This document shows positions 1-10,591 of a DNA stretch of 64,000 nucleotides, piece after piece. This DNA is from an uncultured Mollicutes bacterium (GTDB lineage Bacteria > Bacillota_I > Bacilli_A > ML615J-28 > CAG-313). The DNA lies in contig UQBM01000008.1 of NCBI GenBank assembly GCA_900539265.1, positions 4,095 to 68,094 on the forward strand, read 5' to 3'. The translations under genes and the position numbers were made by a program. The notes under the pieces were generated by a model. It did not search any database. It was not told the origin of the DNA and worked only from the letters and a program-made list of their open reading frames with translations. The first letter of the stretch is position 1. Every line of letters begins with the position of its first letter.

Positions 1-115
1 TATCTTTTTTTAACGGATTATATGTAAATTGTTTACCTTGTAATTCTGGGTTTGCCCAAGAAATTATTTCTTCTGGTGATGCAATCCCTATTTGTAAATA
101 TTTATATTTTCTCAA
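1..115 (-). CDS. rpoC: DNA-directed RNA polymerase subunit beta' (N-terminal fragment, runs off the window)
   Basis: Minus-strand ORF starts at TTG (115) 5 nt after AAGAGGTG. It translates as LRKYKYLQIGIASPEEIISWANPELQGKQFTYNPLKKD, matching the conserved RpoC N-terminus, and lies directly downstream of rpoB as in Bacillus. Confidence 0.6.
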   Translation of the reverse strand, partial: MRKYKYLQIGIASPEEIISWANPELQGKQFTYNPLKKD

Positions 116-132
116 ATGATTCACCTCTTATA

Positions 133-3100
133 TTATAGGCCGCGCTTACTTGCTTGTGCTTCTGCAAACTCACCTACTAGGCTTTTATTAGCAACATCGA
201 CATCATTATTGTCAACAAGTTTAACGCTAAGACCAAGTCCTTGTAATTCCTTAATAAGGGCACGGAATGCCTCAGGAATGCCTGGTGTCGGTAGTGGTTC
301 GCCATCGACAATGGCTTTATATACTTTATTACGTCCGATTATATCATCAGATTTAATTGTCATCATTTCTTGTAAAGTATGAGCAGCACCATATGCCTCA
401 AGTGCCCAAACTTCCATTTCACCAAAACGTTGACCTCCATTTTGAGCTTTACCACCCATCGGTTGTTGAGTAACAAGTGTGTATGGTCCTTCACTTCTTG
501 CATGAAGTTTATCATCAACCATATGGGCAAGTTTAATCATATACATAACTCCAACTGAAATCTTATTATCAAATTGGCGACCAGTTCTACCATCATATAA
601 ATATGTTTTTCCATTTTCGTCTATAATAGCACGTGCTTCAGCAGGATTTTCTCTTGCTATTTCTTCATCTTTTGCGCGAGCCTCATTCATAATATCGACA
701 ACATCTTGATGCGTCAAGCCATCAAAAACTGGAGTTGCTACATGAACACCAAGTTTTTTTGCTGCCATCCCCAAATGAATTTCTAAAACTTGACCAATAT
801 TCATACGTGAGGGAACACCTTGAGGATTAAGCATAATATCGACAGGTGTTCCATCCGACATAAATGGCATATCTTCAATTGGTAAAATATTTGAAATAAC
901 ACCTTTATTACCATGACGTCCAGACATTTTATCGCCTTCAGAAATTTTACGTTTTTGTGTTATATAGACACGAACTACTTCATTTACCTCTGGTGGAAGT
1001 TCAGCTCCATCTTTTCTACTAAAACGTTCAATTTTATGAACAATTCCACCACCACCATGTGGTACTTTAAGCGATGTAACTCTAACATCTTTGGAATTAT
1101 CAGAAAATAACGCTTGAGTGAGTCTTTCCTCTGGAGTCGGTTCAGTAATACCTTTAGGCGAAACTTTACCAACTAATGTATCTCCTTCTTTTACTTCAGC
1201 ACCAAGTCTAATAATACCTTCTTCATCTAAATTGGCAATAGAATCTTTACTTTCACCATCTAAATCTCTGGTAATTTCTTCTTTACCAAGTTTAGTATCA
1301 CGAACTTCACAAGTATATTCTTCAATGTGAATTGAAGTATACACATCATCTTGTACAAGTCTTTCACTCATAATAACAGCATCTTCGAAATTATAACCAT
1401 TCCAAGTCATAAAGGCAATCACAACATTTCTTCCAAGAGCCAATTCACCTTGTTCCATTGACGACCCATCTGCAAGTACATCACCAATTTTAACAACCTC
1501 ACCTGGAACTACAATTGGACGTTGATTAACACATGTTGAATGATTTGAACGTTCATATTTATTGAGTTCATAATTATGTTTATTACCCTTTATATCACGA
1601 ACAATAATTTTTAAACCATCAACATATTCTACAACGCCATCAACATCTGAACATATTGCAACACCTGAATCTTTTGCGGCCTTATATTCAATACCAGTAC
1701 CAACATATGGTGCTTCCGGTTTTAAAAGTGGAATCGCTTGACGTTGCATATTTGCTCCCATCAAAGCACGAGTTGTATCATCATGTTCAAGAAAAGGAAT
1801 ACATGCAGTAGAAATAGCAACAACTTGTTTTGGAGATACGTCAATTAAATCAACGTTCATACTATCAGTTTCTATAAATTCACCATATTGTCTAGCAATA
1901 ACTTTTTCATCAGTAATTACCAATTCACCAGTATTTGGATCTTTATCCATATGAACATTAGCTTCAGCTATTACATATTCCTCTTCCTTATCAGCTGTAA
2001 AATATCTTACTTCATCAGTAATAATAGCCCTTCTATTTTTACGATCTTTTTTTATAACTAGATATGGTGTTTCAATAAAACCAAATTCATTTGCTTTTGC
2101 ATATGAAGCAAGCGAATTAATCAATCCAATGTTTTGACCTTCTGGCGTTTCAACAGGACAAATTCTACCATAATGTGATGAATGAACATCACGAACTTCA
2201 AAGCCAGCACGATCACGAGAAATACCACCTTGACCAAGAGCGGATAAACGACGTTTATGGGTAAGTTCTGAAAGAGGATTGATTTGATCCATAAATTGCG
2301 ATAATTGACTACTACCAAAAAACTCTCTAAAGGTTGAAGTAAGTGGTCTAATATTAACTAAATTTTGAGCTGTTACACTCTTAACTTCAGCCGAAGTAGA
2401 CATTCTATCACGAATGTTCTTTTCAACCTTAACCATTCCCATTCTAAACTGATTTTGCAATAATTCACCAATTAATCTTAAACGACGATTACTCAAATGA
2501 TCTATGTCATCAATTTTACCAACAACTTTTCCAACACCAGCATGTAAATTGATATAGTAACTAATAGTTGCAAAAATATCTGAAAGGACAATATGACAAC
2601 AATCTTCTCTTTGGTCATTGCCAAGTATTCTTACACAAACATCCCCTTCATTCGTTTTTACCAAAATATCTAATGTTTCTAAAACAACACTATCGCCTTG
2701 AAGCATTAATTCATATTCATAAGTCTTTCTAAAAGCTTCACGATTTTCATTTAAAATATCAGCAGTACTTTTTCCAGTTTGAGGATCTTTACGATGAGTA
2801 ATTTCAGTACCCTTTGTTAAAATAATTTCACCAGTATTAGGATTTACTAAATCATTGGCAAGACGGTGTCCAATTGCTCTTGCAACTGCGTCAAGTTTTT
2901 TGTTTACTTTATATCTACCAACTTTAGCAAGGTCATATCTTCTAACTTCAAAAAGACGACTAGCAATAAATTTACGAGCAGTATCAGCAGATGTCTTTTC
3001 ACCTGGTCTTAAATTATCGTATAATTTTTTTACGGCATCGTCTTCACCAAAAGATTCATCCTTATCAAAACTATTTTGAAAAATTTCAAGAATATTTTTA

Positions 3101-3774
3101 GGTCTTAAATCTTCTTCGCCTTTTTCACCAAGAAATAAATTAACCATTTCTAGATTGCTCTTAACTCCAAGAGCTCTAATAAAAGTAGGTAAACATACCT
3201 TTTTTGAACGATCTAATTTGGCAAACCAAATATTTTTATTGCTTTTTTCAAACTCAATCCATGCTCCACGAGTTGGAATAATTTGACCAGAAAAAATAGA
3301 TTGCCCTGATTTTTTATCAACTTCCTCAGAAAAGAAAACACCTGCTGAACGAACGATTTGAGTAACAACTACACGTTCTGATCCGTTAAAAATAAAAGTA
3401 CCCCACGGAGTCATAATGGGAAGTTCACCCATAAATACAGTATCATCTTTAAATTCACCAGTTTCTTTATTTTCTAAAGCTACATGAACTTTAAGTGAAC
3501 GTGAGTAGTTCACTTTATGAAGTTTAGCCTCTTTAATTGAATATTTCGGTTCTTCAAAATAGTGCTCCATAAAATGTAATTCAAATTTTTCACCATCACC
3601 ATGATCCTTAATGGGAGATATTTCCTTAAATAAAGCCCTCAATCCTTCATCCATAAACCAAGCAAAAGACTTCGTTTGAATTTCAATTAAATTAGGCAAT
3701 TCAACATTTGTTTGAACACTTGCATAATTGCGCCGAACTCTTGTTCTACCATATTGAACATTTTTGTAACTCAA
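133..3774 (-). CDS. rpoB: DNA-directed RNA polymerase subunit beta
   Basis: ORF of more than 1200 aa with canonical RpoB motifs. The track start at 3831 is too far upstream. The likely start is TTG at 3774 (LSYKNVQYGRTRVRRNYA, conserved N-terminus), preceded by AAAGAGGTG. Confidence 0.95.
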   Translation of the reverse strand: MSYKNVQYGRTRVRRNYASVQTNVELPNLIEIQTKSFAWFMDEGLRALFKEISPIKDHGDGEKFELHFMEHYFEEPKYSIKEAKLHKVNYSRSLKVHVALENKETGEFKDDTVFMGELPIMTPWGTFIFNGSERVVVTQIVRSAGVFFSEEVDKKSGQSIFSGQIIPTRGAWIEFEKSNKNIWFAKLDRSKKVCLPTFIRALGVKSNLEMVNLFLGEKGEEDLRPKNILEIFQNSFDKDESFGEDDAVKKLYDNLRPGEKTSADTARKFIASRLFEVRRYDLAKVGRYKVNKKLDAVARAIGHRLANDLVNPNTGEIILTKGTEITHRKDPQTGKSTADILNENREAFRKTYEYELMLQGDSVVLETLDILVKTNEGDVCVRILGNDQREDCCHIVLSDIFATISYYINLHAGVGKVVGKIDDIDHLSNRRLRLIGELLQNQFRMGMVKVEKNIRDRMSTSAEVKSVTAQNLVNIRPLTSTFREFFGSSQLSQFMDQINPLSELTHKRRLSALGQGGISRDRAGFEVRDVHSSHYGRICPVETPEGQNIGLINSLASYAKANEFGFIETPYLVIKKDRKNRRAIITDEVRYFTADKEEEYVIAEANVHMDKDPNTGELVITDEKVIARQYGEFIETDSMNVDLIDVSPKQVVAISTACIPFLEHDDTTRALMGANMQRQAIPLLKPEAPYVGTGIEYKAAKDSGVAICSDVDGVVEYVDGLKIIVRDIKGNKHNYELNKYERSNHSTCVNQRPIVVPGEVVKIGDVLADGSSMEQGELALGRNVVIAFMTWNGYNFEDAVIMSERLVQDDVYTSIHIEEYTCEVRDTKLGKEEITRDLDGESKDSIANLDEEGIIRLGAEVKEGDTLVGKVSPKGITEPTPEERLTQALFSDNSKDVRVTSLKVPHGGGGIVHKIERFSRKDGAELPPEVNEVVRVYITQKRKISEGDKMSGRHGNKGVISNILPIEDMPFMSDGTPVDIMLNPQGVPSRMNIGQVLEIHLGMAAKKLGVHVATPVFDGLTHQDVVDIMNEARAKDEEIARENPAEARAIIDENGKTYLYDGRTGRQFDNKISVGVMYMIKLAHMVDDKLHARSEGPYTLVTQQPMGGKAQNGGQRFGEMEVWALEAYGAAHTLQEMMTIKSDDIIGRNKVYKAIVDGEPLPTPGIPEAFRALIKELQGLGLSVKLVDNNDVDVANKSLVGEFAEAQASKRGL

Positions 3775-3991
3775 ATTATTCACCTCTTTTTGCAATTTTG
3801 AGCCAAAATACAAATTGGTAAAAAATTGCATTTTCCCTCATTGTATCGTATCTTACATATTATAATTTAAATTATTATTTTTGTCAACTAAAATAACACT
3901 TTTTTTAAACTTTTATTATAAATTTTTGTTTAAATATCCATACAAAATAAAAAAATAGTAAAATCATAACTAAATTATTAGTCTATTATTA

Positions 3992-4585
3992 CTATTTTTT
4001 AGCTTTTATAATCCAATATCCTTTATCCTTTTCAACAATTTCTACTTTTTGGTAAATTTGAATGAGCAGTTTCAACATAGACTCAGCTCCTTGTTTTTTT
4101 TGAATAACACACCAAAAAGTTCCATCTTCATTCAAGAATTCAAAAGATTTACTGGCAATTTCATGAACTATCTTTTTACCTGCTCTAATTGGAGGATTAC
4201 TAACAATAACATCATATTTTTTAACAATATTTTGATAAATATTACTAACGAATATTTCCACATTTTCTATTTTGTTTAACGTTTTATTTTTACAAGATAG
4301 ACGTATTGCTCGCTCATTTATATCAATCATATCGACTAAAGATTGTGGTTTAACCTTAGCAATTACTAAACCAATTACTCCATAACCACATCCAACATCT
4401 AAAACTCTATCACCATCATCTAAAGTTACTGTTTGAAGCAATAAACTACTACCAAAATCTACTTCTTTTTTTGAGAAAACTCCATTATCAGTTATAAAAT
4501 TAAATTTTTGACCCCTAAAATAATATGGTATTATTATTTCATTGCTTTCTAAATTAACATTATTTTCAAAATATTGATTACTCAT
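3992..4585 (-). CDS. ybxB: class I SAM-dependent methyltransferase (YbxB/RsmC-like)
   Basis: VLDVGCGYGVIG SAM-binding motif and an NPPI catalytic motif. It sits between rplL and rpoB, exactly as ybxB does in B. subtilis. Confidence 0.75.
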   Translation of the reverse strand: MSNQYFENNVNLESNEIIIPYYFRGQKFNFITDNGVFSKKEVDFGSSLLLQTVTLDDGDRVLDVGCGYGVIGLVIAKVKPQSLVDMIDINERAIRLSCKNKTLNKIENVEIFVSNIYQNIVKKYDVIVSNPPIRAGKKIVHEIASKSFEFLNEDGTFWCVIQKKQGAESMLKLLIQIYQKVEIVEKDKGYWIIKAKK

Positions 4586-4597
4586 TTTTCCTCCTTG

Positions 4598-4628
4598 ATT
4601 AAAGAAATAGCCTGAGTTACCTCAGACT
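4598..4628 (-). terminator. rho-independent terminator/attenuator downstream of rplL
   Basis: Minus-strand hairpin GTCTGAG-GTAA-CTCAGGC followed by a TATTTCTTT run. Confidence 0.45.
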
Positions 4629-4650
4629 ATTCTTATTTTAAGTTAAGAAT

Positions 4651-5022
4651 TTATTTAACTTCTACTTCAGCGCCTGCTTCAACTAACTTAGCTTTTAAAG
4701 CTTCAGCTTCTTCTGGAGATATCTTTTCTTTAACAGCTTTTGGAGCATTATCAACTAAATCTTTAGCTTCTTTTAAACCTAAACCAGTTACTTCACGAAC
4801 CAATTTAATAACATTTAATTTAGATGCACCAGCGCTCTTTAGAATAACACTAACTTCACTTGGGCCTTCTTCAACTGCAGCTACAGCACCTGCAGCTACA
4901 GCAACTGGAGCAGCGGCTGTAACACCAAATTCTTCTTCGATTGCCTTTACAAGTTCATTTAATTCTAATACGCTCATCTCTTTTAAAGATGCGATAAATT
5001 CTTCTTTATTAAGTTTTGCCAT
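4651..5022 (-). CDS. rplL: 50S ribosomal protein L7/L12
   Basis: 123 aa with an Ala/Glu-rich hinge and conserved C-terminal domain ([12 protein letters not shown]). Confidence 0.95.
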   Translation of the reverse strand: MAKLNKEEFIASLKEMSVLELNELVKAIEEEFGVTAAAPVAVAAGAVAAVEEGPSEVSVILKSAGASKLNVIKLVREVTGLGLKEAKDLVDNAPKAVKEKISPEEAEALKAKLVEAGAEVEVK

Positions 5023-5040
5023 TTCGTTTGTTCCTCCTAA

Positions 5041-5529
5041 TTAATTTTCTTTTTCTGACACTGCTTTAACAACACAAGCAAGATTACGAATAGGGGCTTG
5101 TAAAACACTTAGTAACATAGAAAGCATTCCTTCTTTGTTTGGTAATTTTGATAAAGATTTTAAATCAGCTTCACTTGTAACTTTATTGTCAACAATACCA
5201 ACTTTTACACTAAGTTTTTCATGATCCTTTGCAAAATCATAAACAACTTTTGCAGCAGTAACCTCATCATTACCAATAACAATAGCACTTGGACCTACTA
5301 AATGCTCTTCAACACCAACAAAACCTTCTTCTTTGGTTGCTCGACGTAAAATATTGTTTTTAACAACTTTCATTTCACAGTTTTCAGTATGTAGCTTAAC
5401 ACGAAGTTCAGTAACTTCTGCTACAGTCAATCCTAGGTAATCAACGAATAATGTTGATCCAGCTTTTGAGATCTTTTCTCTAATTACTTGGACCTCTTCA
5501 TGTTTTTTAGCGATTGTCGCTTCATTCAT
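5041..5529 (-). CDS. rplJ: 50S ribosomal protein L10
   Basis: L10 homology (VDYLGLTVAEVTELR). The track start GTG lies inside the SD GGAGGTG; the real start is the ATG 9 nt downstream (MNEATIAKK). Confidence 0.9.
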   Translation of the reverse strand: MNEATIAKKHEEVQVIREKISKAGSTLFVDYLGLTVAEVTELRVKLHTENCEMKVVKNNILRRATKEEGFVGVEEHLVGPSAIVIGNDEVTAAKVVYDFAKDHEKLSVKVGIVDNKVTSEADLKSLSKLPNKEGMLSMLLSVLQAPIRNLACVVKAVSEKEN

Positions 5530-5538
5530 TGTTTTCAC

Positions 5539-5672
5539 CTCCTGAAAATTTTCCTCGGTAGGTAATTAAGCTTCTAAAAAATTATGTTTTAGTTGCACCT
5601 ACTGTCTACGGCAGAGACTATTTATACTATTATTTATATTATAAATTTTTTATACTTTATTTTCTATTCTTC
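5539..5672 (-). ncRNA. L10 (rplJ) ribosomal-protein leader, autoregulatory 5' UTR
   Basis: 134-nt structured leader between rplA and rplJ. It is relatively GC-rich (GUCUCUGCCGUAGACAGUAGGUGCAACU ... ACCUACCGAGG) with GTAGGT/ACCTAC pairing, as in Firmicutes L10 leaders. Confidence 0.4.
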
Positions 5673-6362
5673 TTATGCAAGGTCAGTAGTAACTTTAATA
5701 CCAGGACCCATAGTTGAAGTAATAGTTAGATTTTGAATATAAACACCTTTAACTGTTTGTGGTTTAACACGTATCATTTGATTATAAATTGCCTTAATAT
5801 TTTCAGCAAGTTTACTATTTTCAAATGAAACTTTTCCAACTGGAACTTGAATATTACCAACTTTATCTGTACGATATTCAACCTTACCAGCTTTAAACTC
5901 TTTAACTGTTTGTTCAATATTCATTGTTACAGTACCAGTTTTAGGGTTTGGCATTAATCCTTTAGGACCTAAAATACGTCCTAATTTACCAAGTTCACCC
6001 ATCATATCTGGCGTAGCAATAATTGTATCAAATTCAAACCAACCCTCTTTAATCTTTTCAAGATATTCGACATCACCAGCATAATCTGCTCCTGCTGCTA
6101 GAGCTTCTTGGGCCTTAGCACCCTTAGCGATTACTAAAACGCGAACAGTTTTACCAGTTCCATTTGGAAGTGAAACTGCTCCACGTAAATTTTGCTCAGC
6201 CTTACGAGGATCAATATTTAATTTAAATGATACTTCAACTGTTGCATCAAATTTTGCAACATTTGTCTTTTTTACTAGTTCAACCGCTTCTTCAAGGCTA
6301 TATCTTCTTGAACGATCTACTAATTTTAAAGCTTCTAGATATTTTTTACCTCTTTTTGCCAT
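5673..6362 (-). CDS. rplA: 50S ribosomal protein L1
   Basis: 229 aa with L1 family signature. Confidence 0.95.
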   Translation of the reverse strand: MAKRGKKYLEALKLVDRSRRYSLEEAVELVKKTNVAKFDATVEVSFKLNIDPRKAEQNLRGAVSLPNGTGKTVRVLVIAKGAKAQEALAAGADYAGDVEYLEKIKEGWFEFDTIIATPDMMGELGKLGRILGPKGLMPNPKTGTVTMNIEQTVKEFKAGKVEYRTDKVGNIQVPVGKVSFENSKLAENIKAIYNQMIRVKPQTVKGVYIQNLTITSTMGPGIKVTTDLA

Positions 6363-6451
6363 TTGTTAATTTACCTCCTAAATGTGGTCTAACGGAATCT
6401 CCTCCCACGCTGATTGAAAAAATCAATCAATTTAAAGAGAATGATAGAAAC

Positions 6452-6886
6452 CTATTTTTCTACAACAATTCCCATATTTCGAGCAGTGCCTTCCACAATG
6501 TTTGCTGCTGCTTCAACTGTGTATGCGTTAAGATCAGGCATCTTCATTTGTGCAATTTCTAATAATTTAGCACGTGTAATAGTTGCAACCTTATTTTTTC
6601 TCGCATTATCAGAACCTTTTTGGATGCCTGCTGCTTTTTTTAATAAATCTGAGGCTGGAGGAGTTTTTGTAATAAAAGTAAAAGTACGATCTTCATAAAC
6701 GTAAATTTCAACTGGAATTACATATCCTACCATGCTTGCAGTTTTTTCATTAAATTGACTACAGAATTGTTGAATATTAACACCTGCTTGTCCTAGTGCT
6801 GGTCCAACTGGTGGAGCTGGATTAGCTTTTGCTGCAGGAATTTGAAGTTTAACAACTTTTTTAACTTGTTTAACTTTAGCTGCCAC
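6452..6886 (-). CDS. rplK: 50S ribosomal protein L11
   Basis: L11 sequence [25 protein letters not shown]. The start was corrected to GTG at 6886, 6 nt after AAGGAGGTG; the track ORF is extended N-terminally by 20 codons. Confidence 0.9.
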   Translation of the reverse strand: MAAKVKQVKKVVKLQIPAAKANPAPPVGPALGQAGVNIQQFCSQFNEKTASMVGYVIPVEIYVYEDRTFTFITKTPPASDLLKKAAGIQKGSDNARKNKVATITRAKLLEIAQMKMPDLNAYTVEAAANIVEGTARNMGIVVEK

Positions 6887-7087
6887 GAGACACACCTCCT
6901 TATTTTGTCCGTGATGTGGTTTATGAACACTATGATGTTCTCCCACACTTTAAATTAATTCATAGTATAAAGCGTCATTGCACGCAAATATTATTATACA
7001 TATATTTTAGCAAAAAGTCAAATCTTTTATTCTTTTATTTTTTAAAAATAAAACAACATTATCAATTTAGATAATGTTGTTACTTTA

Positions 7088-8074
7088 TTATTCAAAATTT
7101 TTTTTCATATCAGCAAAACTTTGAGCAATTTTAAATCCAGCAAACAAATAAATATAACGTGCAGGATTATCAAGACCTGTAAAAAAAGTCATATAAGTTG
7201 ATCCATGATTTTTTAAATATTCACAAAGATTGCAAAAAAGAGCTTTTCCTAAACCACCACCACGTTCATTAGGATCAACACAAATACCATCTAAATGACC
7301 TCTACCAGTCTCCTCAGTATACATCGCACCAGTCCATCCAACAACTTTATTATTATGTGCAGCAACTAAGAAAGGTCTTGGTTTCTCACGTTTTAAATTA
7401 CTTCTAATAGAATTAGCAAACCCTGGATTATTTATTACTTCACAAAATTCTTCAATACCATAATGTTTACTCTCATCATATACTTCTACAGTTAAACCAC
7501 GCTTAGCATTTTCGGCCATTTGTTTAACCACTTTTTCGGGCATTTGATATTTGTCAAGAGAAAGATGAAATCCTTCATGAATACTATTTACAAAATATCC
7601 GTGATGATATAGGAATAAATAAAAGTCTGAGTTCATCCTAACCCCAGGCATTCCTGGATGCTCATGTTTTTCTGTATATGGAATATACCAAGGCCAGTTA
7701 ATTTGACTTATAAAAACAAAACGAGCAGATTTTTTATTATTTTCTTTAATATAATCTTCAACTAAAGATAATAATTTTGAACCAATACCTTGTCGACGAT
7801 ATTCTTTTTTTACAATTAAAGTATTAATATATCCCGATGCATTTGGATTTTCTTTATCAACATCACGAATATTACCACTAATAAAACCTATTACTTTATC
7901 ATTATCTTTGGCAACAAAAGTTCCTTCTTTTTTAAAAGCCGGACTGTTAAATAGGCGATTTTTAAACGCTTCTTTAGTTAATTCTTTAAAGAAAACCTCT
8001 TCCTTAGTTAGTTCATAAAATACTTCATACATTTGATCTTGATCTTTTTCTTCATAAGAACAATAATTTATCAT
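7088..8074 (-). CDS. GNAT family N-acetyltransferase (tandem acetyltransferase domains)
   Basis: Acetyl-CoA binding motif (RRQGIGSKLL) and a second GNAT-like half (GGGLGKALF). Confidence 0.65.
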   Translation of the reverse strand: MINYCSYEEKDQDQMYEVFYELTKEEVFFKELTKEAFKNRLFNSPAFKKEGTFVAKDNDKVIGFISGNIRDVDKENPNASGYINTLIVKKEYRRQGIGSKLLSLVEDYIKENNKKSARFVFISQINWPWYIPYTEKHEHPGMPGVRMNSDFYLFLYHHGYFVNSIHEGFHLSLDKYQMPEKVVKQMAENAKRGLTVEVYDESKHYGIEEFCEVINNPGFANSIRSNLKREKPRPFLVAAHNNKVVGWTGAMYTEETGRGHLDGICVDPNERGGGLGKALFCNLCEYLKNHGSTYMTFFTGLDNPARYIYLFAGFKIAQSFADMKKNFE

Positions 8075-8148
8075 GCAATTTCTCCTCTCAAGTAGTTACA
8101 ATTATTATACTATAATCTATTTTTAAAAACAACAATTTTGAAACAAAT

Positions 8149-8439
8149 TTAGTTAATAATTATAATACCAATAACAATATGCAAAACGAGAGATAAATAA
8201 GTAGTAAGTACAAAATACCAATGTTTATTTTTATGCCTAATACCATATAAACCAATTAAAGTGCCTAATGAACCTCCTAAAATTGTTATTCCCAATAAAA
8301 TAGATTCTTTAATACGATACCGATGTTTAATTGCTTTCTTTTTATCAAGAAAATACAATAAAATAGCAATTATATTAGTAATCAAAAGCCAAAAAATATA
8401 TATTTCAAAGATATTTTTACCTCGGATTATCTGGATCAT
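8149..8439 (-). CDS. DUF1294-family small membrane protein
   Basis: 96 aa with 3 TM helices and a YR..E..LL...ILGGSLG..IG...IRHK motif. Confidence 0.5.
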   Translation of the reverse strand: MIQIIRGKNIFEIYIFWLLITNIIAILLYFLDKKKAIKHRYRIKESILLGITILGGSLGTLIGLYGIRHKNKHWYFVLTTYLSLVLHIVIGIIIIN

Positions 8440-9547
8440 CTGTTAAATACCAATCTGATTTTTGGACAAAAACTAAACTTCTTTCAGCATTTACAATAAC
8501 ATCATTATCTTTTAAGGTAACAATAATATTACCATTGATAAAAGTAGCAAAAATATTTTCTGTATATTCATTAAATCTTTCAATAATTGTCTTTTTAGGT
8601 AAATTATATTTATTTTCTTCACTTGAACATATTACTATGTAACTTGGTGTAATATTGTCTAATAAAGCCTTTGTATTAGAAGTTGGTGATCCATGATGAT
8701 TAGCTTTAAAAACATCAACATGACCGATATTTAAATTTGTTAAATATGTTTCCTCCTTTTTCTCCGCGTCTCCACAAAGTAAAACCTTTTTTGTATTATG
8801 AGTTAAAAGACAACTAACTGACCGGTCATTATCATCGTTAATCTCACTTATTCCATAGGTTTTATAATCTAATAAATCTAAATATGTATCTACACCTAGA
8901 TAGAATCTTGTAATTGCATCTAAATTATTACTATCAAAAATACTACCTATATTAAAATATTTGGCACCTTCATTTACTTTTTTATTTCTAATCTCAAGAT
9001 AATCTTTATATAATTGTGTTTGCCCTTCATAACCAAAATCGACGATATATTGATAAGTAATTCCTGGTATTTCTAAAGCTCCATAACTATTTGAAAGTCC
9101 AACCATTCCTCCTAAATGATCACTATCAGCATGAGTAACAATCACTAATTCTAAAATGTTATCACTAACATGTTCTTCAATAAAAGGTACTACTGTATTT
9201 GAACCACTAGCTTTTTCACCTGCATCTATTAAAATATCAATATCTCCACATTCAATAAAAATACTATCACCAATTTGAGGATTTCCATTACTACCAAAAA
9301 GTTCTAAAAAAGTAACTTTTACATCATCTACTTTTGTTCCCTCTTGAACTAAATATGCAACATTCCCTTTTATATTATTTTTATTATTGTCATTTTTATT
9401 ATCATTATTTTTTTTATAATATAAATAACCAACAATGAAACCAACTACTACTATTAATACTACTATCCAAAGCGGAATTCTTTTTACTGTTTTCTTTACG
9501 TGTCTTTCAATTTTTGTTTGATTTTTATTTTTTTTTGATCTTCCCAT
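8417..9547 (-). CDS. membrane-anchored MBL-fold metallo-hydrolase (ComEC C-terminal-domain-like)
   Basis: N-terminal TM helix, then an MBL motif (VTHADSDHLGG) and C-terminal ANHHGS. Confidence 0.6.
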   Translation of the reverse strand: MGRSKKNKNQTKIERHVKKTVKRIPLWIVVLIVVVGFIVGYLYYKKNNDNKNDNNKNNIKGNVAYLVQEGTKVDDVKVTFLELFGSNGNPQIGDSIFIECGDIDILIDAGEKASGSNTVVPFIEEHVSDNILELVIVTHADSDHLGGMVGLSNSYGALEIPGITYQYIVDFGYEGQTQLYKDYLEIRNKKVNEGAKYFNIGSIFDSNNLDAITRFYLGVDTYLDLLDYKTYGISEINDDNDRSVSCLLTHNTKKVLLCGDAEKKEETYLTNLNIGHVDVFKANHHGSPTSNTKALLDNITPSYIVICSSEENKYNLPKKTIIERFNEYTENIFATFINGNIIVTLKDNDVIVNAERSLVFVQKSDWYLTDDPDNPR

Positions 9548-9587
9548 TTTAATCTCCTTTTGAAAAAATAGCAGGTATTTCTACCTA

Positions 9588-10145
9588 CTATTTGATTAAT
9601 TCTACTTCATCAAAGCGAAGTTCATTTGGAGTCTGTCGTCCAAACATATCTATCAAAACTGTTACAATTTGATTTTCAAAGTCAATTTTTTCAACCACAG
9701 CTTCTTGACCATAAAAAGTTTCTGATATAACCTTTACCATATCACCTACCGCAAACTTAACATCTTTGGCAATTGTAATACCACTTTTCTTTAAAATAGG
9801 AATCATTTCATGAGGTGGAACTGGCACAGGTTTTGCTCGACCGCCACTAGAGCCCAAAAAACCAGTAACCATTGGTGTATTTCTAACAATAAACCATGAT
9901 TCATCAGTAACAATCATATCGACAAAAATATATCCAGGATATGGATTTTCTATAACTTCTTTCATTTCACCATTTGGTTTTTTTTCCATATGAATTTCTT
10001 CAGGAATTAGAACATTAAAAATGTAATCTTCCATATTCATTGAAACAATTCTTCGTTCTAAATTACGTTTAGCTGCATATTCCATTCCAGCATATGATTG
10101 GATAATGTACCAAGCTCTTTCGTTATCTGTATCTTCAGTATACAT
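9588..10145 (-). CDS. nusG: transcription termination/antitermination factor NusG
   Basis: NGN and KOW domains (WYIIQSYAGMEYAAK ... GDMVKVISETFYGQEAVV). Confidence 0.9.
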   Translation of the reverse strand: MYTEDTDNERAWYIIQSYAGMEYAAKRNLERRIVSMNMEDYIFNVLIPEEIHMEKKPNGEMKEVIENPYPGYIFVDMIVTDESWFIVRNTPMVTGFLGSSGGRAKPVPVPPHEMIPILKKSGITIAKDVKFAVGDMVKVISETFYGQEAVVEKIDFENQIVTVLIDMFGRQTPNELRFDEVELIK

Positions 10146-10153
10146 GAAAACTC

Positions 10154-10579
10154 CTAATATAAAGCATTTTTAAGTAATTGAATAATTTTTTCAATTATCC
10201 AGTCACAACCTATGAAAAATAATGCTAAAACAATAGAAAATAAAACCACTTTTACTACATTCCACAAAAATTCTTTCCATTTTAACCCAGTAATATGCCT
10301 AATTTCTGTAAATGAAGGACGATAAAATGATGAGGCAACAAGCACAATTGAAATTGCACCTAATCCAATTAAAACCCATGAAAAAACAATTGTATTAGTT
10401 TTTCCACCTATTAACCAAGCCTCCTCAGGAATTGTTAATAACTTACCTTGTAATAAAATTACTCCAAGTTCAATTGCAAAAAGTCCTAAAAATAATAATA
10501 GATAATTTTCTAATTTATGCTCTGAAAGTAGGTACTCTACTACCCTATTTTTCTTTTCTGCTTTGATTTTTTCAGCCAT
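10154..10579 (-). CDS. secE: preprotein translocase subunit SecE (3-TM long form)
   Basis: The C-terminal TM segment plus conserved position between rpmG and nusG identify it. At 141 aa it is longer than the minimal SecE. Confidence 0.6.
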   Translation of the reverse strand: MAEKIKAEKKNRVVEYLLSEHKLENYLLLFLGLFAIELGVILLQGKLLTIPEEAWLIGGKTNTIVFSWVLIGLGAISIVLVASSFYRPSFTEIRHITGLKWKEFLWNVVKVVLFSIVLALFFIGCDWIIEKIIQLLKNALY

Positions 10580-10591
10580 AATCTGACCCTC

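Noticed and set aside
116-3079. Plus-strand ORFs inside rpoB (116-382, 913-1110, 1118-1330, 2855-3079) and the minus-strand ORFs 984-1172 and 2121-2318
   Set aside because: They overlap a highly conserved minus-strand gene and lack start contexts; typical spurious ORFs.
6227-6698. Plus-strand ORFs 6227-6562 and 6414-6698
   Set aside because: Antisense to rplA and rplK; no RBS.
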